Shown: piece by piece, positions 12,486-24,752 of the stretch | Position numbering within the stretch: position 1 is the first letter of the stretch | How the letters are laid out: every line of letters starts with the position of its first letter | Source of the DNA: Podarcis liolepis | Taxonomy: Eukaryota | Reading direction: 5' to 3' (one strand) | Assembly (NCBI GenBank): GCA_965112155.1 | Contig: OZ218103.1 | DNA length: 64,000 nt | The notes under the pieces: generated by a model | What the model was told of the DNA's origin: nothing | The model's database searches: none | What the model saw: the letters and a program-made list of their open reading frames with translations, nothing else | Program-made: the position numbers and the translations under genes

Positions 12486-12739
12486 AAGAAGAAGAAGAAG
12501 AGTTTGGATTTGATATCCCGTTTTATCACTACCCAAAAGAGTCTCAAAGCAGCTAACATTCTCCTTTCCCTTCCTCCCCCACAACAAACACTCTGTGAGG
12601 TGAGTGGGGCTGAGAGACTTCACAGAAGTGTGACTGGCCCAAGGTCACCCAGCAGCTGCATGTGGAGGAGCGGAGACGTGAACCCGGTTCCCCCAGATTA
12701 CGAATCTACCGCTCTTAACCACTACACCACACTGGCTCT
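12486..12739 (-). mobile_element. MIR/Ther1-derived CORE SINE (Squam3-like)
   Basis: Minus-strand tRNA head agagccagtgtggtgtagtggttaagagc, MIR-like core gggtgaccttgggccagtcac, and (CTT)n tail. Confidence 0.8.
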
Positions 12740-12749
12740 TAAGGTTAAG

Positions 12750-12953
12750 GATATAAGAAGCGCCTGCTGGATTGAGCCAAAGGCCCATCTAGTCCAGCGT
12801 CCTGCTCTTGCAGCAGCCAACCAGATACCTGTGGGAAGTCTCCAAGCAGGATCTGAACACAACAGCAGTCTTCCCTCCTGCATTTTCCAGCAACTGGTAT
12901 TCAGAAGCATATCGCCTCTGACAGTGGAGGTAGAACATGGCCACTATGGCTAG
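12750..12953 (-). mobile_element. CR1-type LINE 3' end fragment (related copies near 3870-4080, 17300-17590, 23625-23745)
   Basis: Recurrent motif ataagaagagcctgctggatcaggccaaaggcccatctagtccagc. Family assignment is from recall only. Confidence 0.6.
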
Positions 12954-12955
12954 TA

Positions 12956-13206
12956 CAGTAATACCTTGGTTGTCGAATGGCTTGGCTCCTGAACAAATCG
13001 GCTCCCGAACGCCACAGACCCGGAAGTAAGTGTTCCAGTTTGCAAACGTTTTTTGGAAGCTGAACGTCTCACTCGGCTTCCGTGGCTTCCTATTGAGTGC
13101 AGGAAGCTCCTGCAGCCAATCAGAAGCCGCACCTTGGTTTTCGAACAGTTCCAGGAGTCTAGTAGACTCCCGGAATGGATTAAGTTCAACAACCAAGGTA
13201 CCACTG
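12956..13206. mobile_element. pogo/Tigger-like MITE
   Basis: TIRs cagtaataccttggttgt / acaaccaaggtaccactg with TA TSD. Confidence 0.88.
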
Positions 13207-15845
13207 TAGTCATGGATAAGGGGTTGGAGTGGGGGAGAACATAAGGTACAAGCAGTGCAAAGGGGAGAAGAAGTTACAGGATATGGGTGAAAATACTTTG
13301 AGAGGCATGTGGAAGGGAAAGGTCATTCATCTCTGTGTTGAGGCCCTGAATCAACAAATTCTGCCTAAAATGGGGAGGCTGAATCTCAACATCTCCAGAG
13401 CAAATGGTACTTAGCATGATGAAAGCTGAGCTATGGAATTCCTTGCCACAAGGAAAGAACTTTAGCAATTTCCAAAGATGGATTAGATATCAGTAGAAGC
13501 TATTATCAGTAATTACCAGCTGATTGTCAGTCTCTGCCTCCATCTTGTCACTGGCTTAGCCCTTGAATCATCATTTGTGACTGGAGGGCCTTAAGTAATT
13601 TTCAGCCATTTCAAATGGATCTTGTGCGTAGAGAATTTGAGAACCACTGGTCACTAAAATAGAGCAATGGGGGGGAGGGGCTAATCAAGGTGGCTTTTGC
13701 ATTCCAACAACAAATGCTAGAATTCTTCACTCCTGCTGTGACTTTTGTTCTTGCTGAATTTCTCATTGGTTCATTTGAGTTTCTCTGTCGGTCTGTCTCC
13801 CCTGGCTTAGCATCTTTCTTTTGAGGACTGTGCCTCCTGTTTGCTGTGAACTAAGATATGTGTGTGTGCGCGCACACACACGCTGAAGGGGCAGAATCTG
13901 ACAGCAATCATAATAAGCAGCCCAACATTCCAGTTCTTTCTGCAAATTCAAGCTTGGGTTACATATTACATGAAAGTTAGCACCAGGATTGACAGCTGCA
14001 GAGATTACTGCCTGCCCTGGATAGTGCCTTAAACAAAGCCTTTGTACCTTGGCAAATTGGGGGGGGGGGGCTGGGACTGGGAAGGGGAATACAGCCAGTC
14101 AGATCTACTCATCTACTTGGCAGGCATTCTGCTGTCAGCCTATTTGAATCTCTGGCTTTAATAAAGACATCCAGAGTTCTCTGCATTTTGGAGTGGGGGG
14201 AATGAAGAATAGTTTTGATTTTCTTTCCTCAGAACAAATAGATGTATGTGGTGGGATTTGGGGGGTTCTATAAAAATAGCCTGGGCAGAAGATGTGGATC
14301 CCACATAGCTGGATGCAAGGCGTCCATCTGGCCTCAGTACTTGGACTGAGACAGTTCTTATAAGTTGCCATTCTGTACATGAATTCCCACCCCCCAATGG
14401 AGGGGGGGTTTTTTGGCTTGATTTATTTATTATAAATTATAATGTAACTGCATAGACAAAGAATAACCTGCCACTGACAGAACACAGCTCAGTGGTTATC
14501 CATGAGATGCTAAAGTTCAGCAGAGAGGCCCATTACTAATCATATCAACCAGCTCTGACCCCACATCACCTTCCGTGTCTGTAATAATTATTTTTCCCCT
14601 GTAAGACTTTCTACTTCTTTTGCCCTAGATTCCATCTCCAGAAATAGATTTCTCTGGAAGTAGGCAGGGGATTGTGCAGTTGGCATGTGTGGTTTGTGGG
14701 TAGGTGAGCACTCATTTGCAAGGCGACCTTTTTGATTAATTCTGTCTCCAGTATTTGTGTGGGAGAAAGGGAGGCAGGGAGTGTTAACACATAGTGTATA
14801 TTGGTATAGATAAAGCAGAGCTGGTTCTATTATAGCTATGTAGCTGTGAGAGCAAGATGTATATGCCGCCCATGTTCTCTACATGCATCAATTTATTTCT
14901 CCAGACCAAGGGGTTTATTGTATAATGTAGTCAGGCAAGCTTCCCCACATCCGGGTCGATAAACAGAGGCAAGCTGTGATTTGTTAGTGAGTGAAGGCTG
15001 CAAATCAGTAGTCCCTGCCTAGGAATGCTTCTCCTGTAATGTAGCCTAAATATTTCTATGCTTTGGCAATGCCTTTTCTGTGTATCATTTAAAGTACACA
15101 GAACCCTTTAGGAAAGGGGCGGGGAACCTCAGGACCAAATGTGCCCCTCCAGGCTTCTTTACACAGCCCTCAGCCTTCTCCCCAGGCCACTAGGCACAAC
15201 AGTCCTGCTCTTCACCCTCCTTGAGTGCTTTTGCATGGCTGGAATGTGAACGATGGTAATGTCTCTTGCTTGTGCAGATGGAGGAGGATGGTGCATTGGC
15301 TTGTGTGTGTACGAACTTCTGGCTTTTGCACGGATGGAAATTAGCTTAGTCTACAGTGTTAATAAGGGGCACACCCTTTGCTCTGGCCACTCCTATTTTG
15401 TCTCTAGCCCTGCCCATCACTGGCACGCAGACACCAGAAGGTGACCCCATGTGCTGAAACAGGTTTCCTACTGTGCCTTATGAAAACAGTAATTTACAGA
15501 CAACAATATCTATTGTGCTCACAGGACTAGTTCGAACCAATGGAAACCTCCAGCTTTGGCAAGGATTGTAAAGCATTTTGTGCAAATCTAAATACCTGCA
15601 TAAATGATGAAATGATGATGATGATGTCTTGTTGTTCTGGGATGAAGCCTGCCTGATTGTGGTTGATATAGTGGCCAATAATTCTACTAAGGTGGGAGGT
15701 GAGGACCACAGTGGGGGAAATTGTGTCCTGGTTCAAAAGAGCAGGTTCTTATGATTGGCTGGTTTTTGTTGTAATCACTGTGACCCTTACTTCCATCCAC
15801 ACATAAAGCAGGGGCTTCTCCTGTAAAATAGCATTAGACAGGACA

Positions 15846-15982
15846 CATGGGCATAGCCAGGATTTTTTTTTGGGGGGGGGGGCAGGCTTTTGTTACAAGG
15901 GTAGAACCTCAGATTTGTATTGGTTTTTATTTATTTAGGAGGGCAGCTACCCGTCCCCCGTCTCCCCTTGGCCACACCCATG
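15846..15982. mobile_element. Short hAT-like MITE
   Basis: TIRs catgggcatagcca / tggccacacccatg. 8-bp flanks acaggaca and ataggaca match at 7 of 8. Confidence 0.75.
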
Positions 15983-17299
15983 ATAGGACAACTAAGTTAG
16001 GCAAGACTTGTTTGTTATACAATAAATAAAGCAATAAAATTCCCAGATGCACCCAGAGGCTTTGTAGAGCACTTCATGCATATGTCAGTTCTGGCATTCA
16101 AAGTCTATGTGCCAGATCTCCAAAATGCTGAGACGGAGTTAAAAAGACAACACTCCAAAAATATTTTGTGTTCTCACATTTTGTCAGGGGTAGGTATTGT
16201 TTTGGGGTTTTTTAGAGTAATGTATGGGTTCCACAAGCACAAGGGTTGCACAGACACTTAATATTGACTTGTGTTGACTTATTCTAATTCTGGCACATGT
16301 TAGCTGTGTCTTAGCAGTCGCTTTGGCATGCATCTTCTGTTTTGCTGTGAAATTATCTCATATGCATTCCAATCTCTTGTCTCCAGCCTGTGCTGCCTTC
16401 TGACCATCTGGTTGCCTAATGTTACTCAATTGGTCTGTTACGTTACCCTTGTGGTGCCAAATGTCTTTGAAGTAACTAGAAATCTCCCAACCCGTATAGA
16501 AAAGAACTAGGAGCTGGTGTTGTGGGGCTTGAGAATCACATGCATCTGGGTATTTGCTGTTCCCTTTGAAGCATTAAAGTTGTGGTCCTGGGTGTAAGTC
16601 TCATAGAACCTGGTGTTACTCGCTTCTGAGCAGACCTGCATAGCATTGTAGTGTAAGGTTTTGTTTTGTTTTTAAAGAGCGACTCAGTGTTCAATACTGT
16701 ACACAGCAAATTGAGTTTTCCTTCATCTGCCTGATATTTGGAGAGATGGGAGAATAAATATCCTAAGAAATACTGGCAAGACTGGCAGCCCTTTCTAAAG
16801 ATGCCTGTATTAATTTTGTGTTTAAAATGATGCCTTGGTGTATAGTGGAACTTAAAAGTAAATTGTATGTCCCAAATTTGTATTCAGTTTGTTCTGAGAT
16901 TTTTTTAAAAAAATTAACAATATATCTTGGATTAAAGTCAGGTGAGGCTTTTCTTACATCAATTCATTCTTTTGTGAAGGTGGGAAATGAAACAATGACA
17001 TGTATTGATGGAATTATATGATGATCTTGCTACAGCTACTGAAGTCTTGCTATATCTACTAAAGGGTGAGAATCACCTAACCAGCCCCCTTAGTGGAAAC
17101 CCTGCACAAGGACTTCCACTTGCACAAAGGAGCTTCTTCCTCTCTCCTTTCCCTATGCACCCCCTGGAATTGGTTTAGGGAGGGGGTCTGGAGGACCCCC
17201 AGAACAGCGTGTAGAGGAGTCATTCTACCTGGCAGGCTGCAGTGCTTCCACAGATGGAATGTTTGGAAGAGCACAACATTGAGTTCTGCCCAAAGCTTT

Positions 17300-17590
17300 T
17301 AACATAAGAAGAGCCTGTCAAATCAGGCCAAAAAGGCTCATCTGGCTCAGCGTCCTGTTCTCACAGTGGCCAACCTATAGGAAGCCAATAAAAAAACCAG
17401 GACATGAGTGCAACAGCACTCTCTCCAAAAGCAATTCCCAGCAACTGTTACTCAGAGGCATACTGCCTATGACAGCAGAGGTAGAATGCAGCAATCTTGG
17501 CTAGCAGTGGCTAGGAATTTGTCCAATCCTCTTTGAAAGCTATCCAGTCTTGTGGGAACCAATTCCATAGTTTAACTATGTGCTGTGTGA
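17300..17590 (-). mobile_element. CR1-type LINE 3' end fragment
   Basis: aacataagaagagcctg...cctgttctcacagtggccaacc...ttccatagtttaactatgtgctgtgtgaa, same family as 12750-12953. Confidence 0.6.
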
Positions 17591-19256
17591 ACACATAGTT
17601 CAGAAGAAGTGCTATTTTTCGAGAAAAAGAGGTGCCAGAACTCACCACGAATGCCTCCATCGTTCTCTTATAATGGCAATGGCACCCAACTGAAAAATGC
17701 CAGAACTAAGTTCTAATGAATTCCGGCTGGGGGAAAAACCCTGGCTACTGCTACAGAAGAGTAGGCTTCTATCAAGGATGCCCCCCAATATGGCCAGCTG
17801 GCCCATGAGTTGGGGTGAGGTAGTCACCTCAGGCAGCAGAGGCCCAGGAAGTGGTGCGCCCACAGACAACCTATCTGCCCTACCACTGGTGGGGTAGCAG
17901 CAGCAGCAGCAGTAGCACTGGCTTCCAGCAAAAGATCTTGCTAGAACCCACCACCACTGCTTCACAGGCACTGCCATGTAACCCAGGTAAGGGAGGTGGA
18001 GGCAGTAGCACTTCAGGCGGCAAAACAGGATGCGCTACCCCTGCCTCCTCAAGCCCTGGAGTCAGCACTAGAGATAATGGTTGCTGTGCTGATCCCAAAG
18101 AATAAGGGTTTAACTGTGCTCTTGAGTTCCACATAACTCTTCATTGGACAGAAGCACTGGTGATGAAACTCGGTCTGGAAAGTTCTATGATCCATGAAAG
18201 CACTCACACTCCTATTCAATTTGAGTTTCCCTGTTAAATATAACTTTCTCTAACTTGGATTGATGTACTACAGCCTACTCTTATTATGAGTCATGATCAC
18301 AGAGTGTCTTACACCGTACAACTGTCTATATTGATCACAGAATGGTGTCACCCACGGAAACACAACAGAGATGTTCTTACCTTCACCCCAACTTATCTTC
18401 AGAGCCTTTCCCACATTGTGATGTAAAAAGTGAGCAGTGATTCACCACAGATGCTCGGGCAGCAAAATCTAGAACATGCGTGCTTTGTCTTCAGGGCATG
18501 CAAGGATATTGCACTGCAATAAAAGCATGAAAAGTGTCTCTGATATACTTCCAAGCATGTGGGCCAAACCTAAAACTGATCACACAAGGCAAGAAATAAA
18601 ATGTTGAACAACCATTATCTTCCATACTGGCATGAAGGGGGGTGGTGTATATTTTCAGAGATAATATTGGCATAACAGCAATGGGAGAGGCAATATATGT
18701 TTATCTACTACGGAGTCAGGGGAAATGGTTATGCTTAAAAGTACCCATAAGCCAAGAGGATGGAATTTGAGATAAAAATATTTTAACCAACAGGATTTCC
18801 CCTGTTGGTTAAAATATTGATTATTGATTTTTGTTGATTACATTATTGTTAGGGTACAAGAGTAGGCAGAAGCCTTGCATAGCAAATGCAGCTGATACGT
18901 AAAAGCACATGCTGCAAAGAGCAGTCTAGATCTACACACTGAATCTGTTTTGATGGAGAAATCATAACCCCAGCAAATCCCATGAAACTCTGTCCTCACC
19001 AAGACCCATATTCTACTAGCATCATTTCTGATGTGTCCTGGTTGGACAATACATGTTCTGAAAGTTGCATCCTGCTTACCACCACCAAGTGTTACCTTTT
19101 TGCATTTCCACTGTCTTTCTGCTTGCTCTAGCTATCAAAGCTGGTGAGCTCTATCCTGTTTGAAAGGGGTCATGTCTCAAGAATGGCAGAGCTATTTGGC
19201 AGTGACCTTGGATACCTCAAACTGGTGGCATTTGCATGGTTAGCCGAAGAATATGG

Positions 19257-19404
19257 AATCATGAAATTGTAGAGTTGGAAGCGACCTGAGTGTCAAATAG
19301 TCCAACCCCTGGAATTCAGGAATCCTGCCCAGAGCCATCCCTGGATGGACTCGAACCACCAATCTTCTGGTTAACAACCAGACACACTGACCTCTTGCAC
19401 TACA
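19257..19404 (-). mobile_element. Short tRNA-derived SINE with CR1-like tail
   Basis: gaatcatgaaattgtagagttggaag tail and ggactcgaacc B box. Confidence 0.7.
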
Positions 19405-19679
19405 CGTGGGGAAAGGAAGCAGGAGACTGCGTGGATAGGACTCGGTTGACTGTAACTGACTAAGCCATACTCTGAGTAGACCCAGTGTAATCGATGGACT
19501 TAAGTTAGTCAAGCCCATTGATCTCAATGGATGTACCCTGAATATGACTTAGTCAGCTACGTCCTCGTGTGAATTGGCCAGCACAATGGCATGCAAGTCG
19601 TAGGGAACAAGCTGCCCACTCTGTGCTCAGAATAGTTACAATAACCCACACAGTCTGTAAAGAACATGATTATTCTGAG

Positions 19680-19878
19680 CATTTAGGAATTTGGGAAGCT
19701 GCCTTTTGCAGAGTTAAGACCATTGGTCCTTGAGCACGATATTGTTCTCATTGACTGACCCTAGGTCCCCATAGTTTGAGAGAGGGACATTCCTGGCCAT
19801 AGCTGGAGACGCTGGGCATGGAAACTGGAATCTTCCGCATGCAAGGCAGACAAACTGCTACTGAGCTACAGCCCTTCC
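19680..19878 (-). mobile_element. tRNA-derived SINE, degenerate (related copy near 61400-61585)
   Basis: Minus-strand head ggaagggctgtagctcagtagcag...ccttgcatgcggaagattccagtttc. Confidence 0.6.
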
Positions 19879-22302
19879 ACAAAGAATTAGTTTACACAAA
19901 AGATATCAACAAGAATCACTGATATTATCCTTCTCTAAATGCCTTCCCCTTTAAATATCTGTACAATAGGTATTTGTACAGCTCCTGAGATTATTAATCA
20001 TTTTTACATAGGCAGAAAAGAATGGAATTCATGTTTTTTCATTTTATTCAGAGGCTCAAAAGACAGTATAATCATTCTAGATGGCTCAGCCCATGCTCCA
20101 AACTGATATATTCTCGTCCATAACAATAATAGGATTATTGGATCCCAACCAAGGATTTATATCTTGCTATTTAATTTTTCAACATGAGGTCAGATTGATT
20201 AATGTGTATTAAGACGCACGGATGGAATCTTGAGATAGTCCAAGGAATAAATTCTGAGTGCTTGTCTTGAAAGAGACTCGATAGTCTCTCCACTGTGTGC
20301 TGATCTCCTTCCCTTTAAAAGTCAGCCCTCACACATCTCTGCAGAGCAGTAGTGCATCAGTAAATCATAAATAAATTACAGAACTAACTAGCTATTTTTG
20401 AAGAGCATGCAGTTTAGGTAATGCATATGCTTCCTCCCTAATCCAGCTCAAGAAATGAGATTGATTGTCAAGCCCACTTGACAGCATCTGGAAAAACCAT
20501 CTTCATTGGTCATGTTTCTGTCTGAGATGTTCAGTTCTGCTCCATCAGCCGTTTGAAGAAGGCTATTGGTATATGCTTGATTACGAGGTCATTTAACCCA
20601 TTGGATACCTCCCTCCTATTAAGTTTCATCAGAAGGTTAGATGTGACTTCCAAGGTCAGCAAGAGGACTGTGCCAGCCCATGGATTAAATAAATGTAGTA
20701 GAAACCACAAGAACGGCAAGAGTATTTATGAGAGGTGCACATTTGCTCTGTGTGCACTCTGAATTACAAGGCAAATGGGCTGATCGGATGACATTTCCAC
20801 CTGCCTGAGTCAAAGTGTGCCTTTCAGCAAGATGTCTCAAGTCAGTTCAGGGACTCCCTAAAGTCTCAAGTTGTTCTGTGGTCTCAGGCGTCCAAAAAAT
20901 CCTGAATTTTGTCACTTAGAATAAAGCTGCATATATTTTTTAAAAGCAAAACCAAGCTGGTGAATGAAATGCTGAGCTTGAGTGGAGAGATCTTTTGTTT
21001 TGATGGACAGATCTAGGTTTTCATTGCAGTGAATTGTTTCCCCGTGGCATGCCAAATACCGTGATTTGGGAAACAGATGTTCTGCCTGGGAAAAGCAGGG
21101 TGTGCAGAAGAGCAGTGGACTATTGGCATCCTTCTCAAATCACTTTCCCCCCTAACAATTAAAATCAGTAGTTCAATCACCTTGTTTTTCCACTGCTTAT
21201 ATTCCCCCCCCCATTTGTGTTAATCTGGTTCTTAGTCTGCAGACTTTTAGGAGAGCTCAGCATAGGGTCACTCCACTTTCCCTCTCCCTCAGTTCAGTTG
21301 TAGAGCTTCTTGTGTAACTAGTTTCTTTTTATTCTAATCACTTTCTGTTTTCCAACAAACACCTAGTTCATTTTTCATGCCATTTGTTTTCTCTTATTTT
21401 TCCTTAGGTTTGTTTGTGCAAACTTCTCATGAGTCCCCACATCTCTTTGTGTGCATGTGTTTTTCTTTCCACCCTCACCCCCGTTTTAACTTACTTGTTC
21501 AAAGTTTTATACTCCTCTCTTCATTTTAGGGTACCTGTAATTTCGCTGTGTTGAATTATTGCTGTCCGGTATTAATATATTTTTATTAAAGTTTTCTCCC
21601 GCTTTTAAGTTTGGTGCTCTTTCCCCACTCAAGTAAGCCTGCTTGTCCCTTAAAGCTCATTGCTAGCCTATTATTGCCCATAAAACGCATGGGGAGGTTA
21701 AGTGGTTTCTATTTTATCCACCCCAAAATAGAAATGTCTTGTCCTTGCAGGAGAACCACTCCACCTATAACATGCTGAAAGATGACAGGCTTCATCACTT
21801 GAAATAAAAATTTAAAATACATTGAAATACACTCACAACAATGGACTAATTTATGTAAAATATATTGCAGCCAGTGAAAAATGTGTGCTTATCTCTGATT
21901 TAAACAAGAAGACATAGCTGAAACAGATAATCTAAAAGCAGAACATTATCGGGATATGTTGCATTTTATTTCTGCAGCACAATATAAAGTACGCTTTATA
22001 CTGCAAGCAGCTCTAAATTTATCTTAATGGGCCTTTTAGTTATACATATAAAACCACCTATCATTTTACTTGCATATAGAGTACTTTACTTGAAACCTAC
22101 AGTGCAAACCAATTGCTGACAGTTCAATGACCACTTGCCACATTCCTCTTATATAACTCTTTCCATTTTGACAACATGCCCATTATTTGAAATTTATCAT
22201 TGTAATGTTTCCTCCATGGAGTTCTTCTTGATACTCAAGAGTGTTTGGAAAACAACCCCTCCCCTTTTCCAAAGTCAAGGGGTCTGTGCTTCCAAAGCAA
22301 GC

Positions 22303-22392
22303 GTGGAATCCTATGTACACCTACTTGGACACAAGGCCCACTGAAAACTGTAGGACTTGCTTCTGAGTAAACATGCGTAAGATCAAGCTGTA
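22303..22392. repeat. Old ~85-bp hairpin-like interspersed repeat (relatives near 6150, 16590, 36408, 49300)
   Basis: aatcctatgtacacctacttgg...ccactgaa...ggacttgcttctgagtaaacatgcgtaagatc, a recurring imperfect palindrome of unassigned family. Confidence 0.55.
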
Positions 22393-23780
22393 CCAGAGAG
22401 CTGATGAAATATCCAGTCTAGAAACTTGTGTTTGATTCTGCTTTCAGTGTGTCTGTTCTGGATGCTAAGGCACTATGGTTCCATTGAAAAATAAGTCAGC
22501 TTTTGTGAATGTTCTATAGTTCACTGTGCAAGCATGGAATTTTGGATCAGACTATAAACTGCTTATATGTAGGACCTTATAAAAGGCCATTATTCTTTCC
22601 AGGTTTTTGTTGTTATGGTTACAAAGACAGGGAAAATGTGGGCAGAATTCTCATGATAGCTAAGTGCCTTTCTAAGCCTTAAAAGAGGAACCTCCACATA
22701 CAGAGGCTGTATACGTACCGGTATATCTGAATGTCACATGCAGAAACAAACAACAGAGGCTGTGCTCAATTTGAAAGCATCCAGAGCCATTGGGTTGACT
22801 TCAACAAAACACTGTACTTGGTGGTCCTTGGACAGAGGAAGGCAATTTGTATTTTCTTCTTATTGCCTTGCTTATTTGGAGGGTCACCTAGAAAAGCATT
22901 TTTGTTTCCAGCTGAAACTAACTCAGTGCCTCTGGGTGCTCATTAAGTGAACCGCTGTAAGTTTTCAGGGTCTGGCTTACTCCCCACTCCCCCCAATCCT
23001 TCCTTTCCTTAGCAGAGAGATGGCTAACCTGTGGCCCTCCCAGCTGTTGTCCATCATCCCTGGCCACAGGCTATGCTGACTAGAGCTGATGGGAGCTGAA
23101 AATTCAGTGGGTCAGCCTCCCCAGCCCTACTATGGTGTGTATCCAGCATGTTTACTCACAAACTGTCTGAAGAGATGCCTGGCATTGTTAAGGCAGCAGG
23201 GACTGAAGGTTTCTTGTTCATTCATTCTATTTTTAACTCTCCCTTTCTCCACGGAGGTCAAGGTGCTTGTGTGGCTTCCCTTAACTCACTGTAAAAGCCC
23301 TGTGCAGTAGATGTTGACTTGCCCAAGGTCATACTGAATGCTCTGACTTTTTAGAGGCCAGATTTGTATTACCCCCCCCCCCCAATATTTCATTTCTTAA
23401 AATGTATACAGTATACGGCTTGACTTGGTTTGTGGTTTTTTGTGGGGGGGGGTTGTTTTTTTAAAAAGAGCCCTCAAAGCAGTTTGCAAAAAGAAGCCAG
23501 CAGTAATCTTGTGCCTTGTTGGTAAAACCGGGGTTGCCAAGGGGGCAGCCAGATGTTGCTGGACTATAACTGCCATCCTTCCTAACCACTGGCCTTGCTG
23601 GCTGAGGTTGATGGGAGTCTCATCAAGTGAGGAGCACTCTATTGCACTCCCATTCCTGCTGGATGGTTTCCTATAGGTAACTTGCTCACCAATGTGAGAA
23701 TAAGATGCTGGCCCACATGGGCCTTTGGCCTGATCCAGCAGGGCTTTGGTGTCCAATGATCTAGAGGGTCAAAGGTTCCC

Positions 23781-24123
23781 TAAAGGTAAAGGGACCCCTG
23801 ACCATTAGGTCCATTCGTGACCGACTCTGGGGTTGCAGCGCTCATCTCGCTTTACTGGCCGAGGGAGCCGGCGTACAGCTTCCGGGTCATGTGGCCAGTA
23901 TGACCAAGCCGCTTCTGGCGAACCAGAGCAGCGCACAGAAACGCCGTTTACCTTCCCGCCGGAGCGGTACCTATTTATCTACTTGCACTTTAATGTGCTT
24001 TCGAACTGCTAGGTTGGCAGGAGCAGGGACCAAACAACGGGAGCTCGTGGGGATTCAAACCGCCGACCTTCAGATAGGCAAGCCCTAGGCTCTGTGGTTT
24101 AACCCACAGCGCCACCCGCGTCC
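23781..24123 (-). mobile_element. Sauria SINE, full length
   Basis: Reverse complement of the 1910-2256 family. Imperfect 14-bp TSD tcaaaggttcccta / tcacaggctcccta. Confidence 0.92.
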
Positions 24124-24435
24124 TTCACAGGCTCCCTACTCCTGCCATAAACTCCAGAGATAAACTGCTAGTATAAAAATATTTTAATAATGATAGCCTC
24201 AGGCTATCCCAAGGAAGGGGCAGCCACAGGGCATAAAACTGTGCCTGAAATTTAATCCACGCAGAGCTGAGGCCAATTAGACTCACCGGCATTGGGGACA
24301 ATGAAGCTGGCACCATCCTCCACCCTTGGTTTTGATGGAAAACAGGGGTGCCAACTTGAATAAAATATGGGGGGCAGATAAGCCCCACCCTGTATGATCA
24401 ATCACAAAATGTGGTGTACACACACCATTTGAATA

Positions 24436-24752
24436 CCCGGTGGCGCTGTGAGTTAAACCACAGAGCCTAGGACTTGCTGATCAGAAGGTTGGCGGTTCAA
24501 ATCCCCGCGACGGGGTGAGCTCCCATTGCTTGGTCTCTGCTCCTGCCAACCTAGCAGTTCGAAAGCACGTCCAGCGGAAAGGTAAATGGCGTTTCTGTGT
24601 GCTGCTCTGGTTCACCAGAAGCGGCTTAGTCATGCTGGCCACATGACCCGGAAGCTGTACGCTGGCTCCCTCGGCCAATAAAGCAAGATGAGTGCCGCAA
24701 CCCCCGAGTCGGCCACGACTGGACCTAATGGTCAGGGATCCCTTTACCTTTT
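24436..24752 (+). mobile_element. Sauria SINE with ~30-bp internal deletion
   Basis: Same head and tail (ccctttaccttt) as the other copies, but lacks the aaagtgcaagtagataaataggtacc segment. Confidence 0.9.

Larger units (their letters stand above)
12078..13649. mobile_element. Old hAT/Charlie-like element ends enclosing nested insertions
   Basis: cagtgcttctca at 12078 and tgagaaccactg ending 13649 (11/12 inverted match). No TSD recognisable. Confidence 0.45.

Noticed and set aside
17745-18135. GC-richer block with (CAG)n and short ORFs (similar block at 38850-39330)
   Set aside because: Probably decayed LTR or other repeat, but no termini or TSD could be established, and there is no coding evidence.
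21531-21568. Faint resemblance of the frame VPVISLC*IIAV to the recalled DLGAP1 cassette GVIKLSSAVE
   Set aside because: Wrong phase, contains a stop, and too short to be significant.
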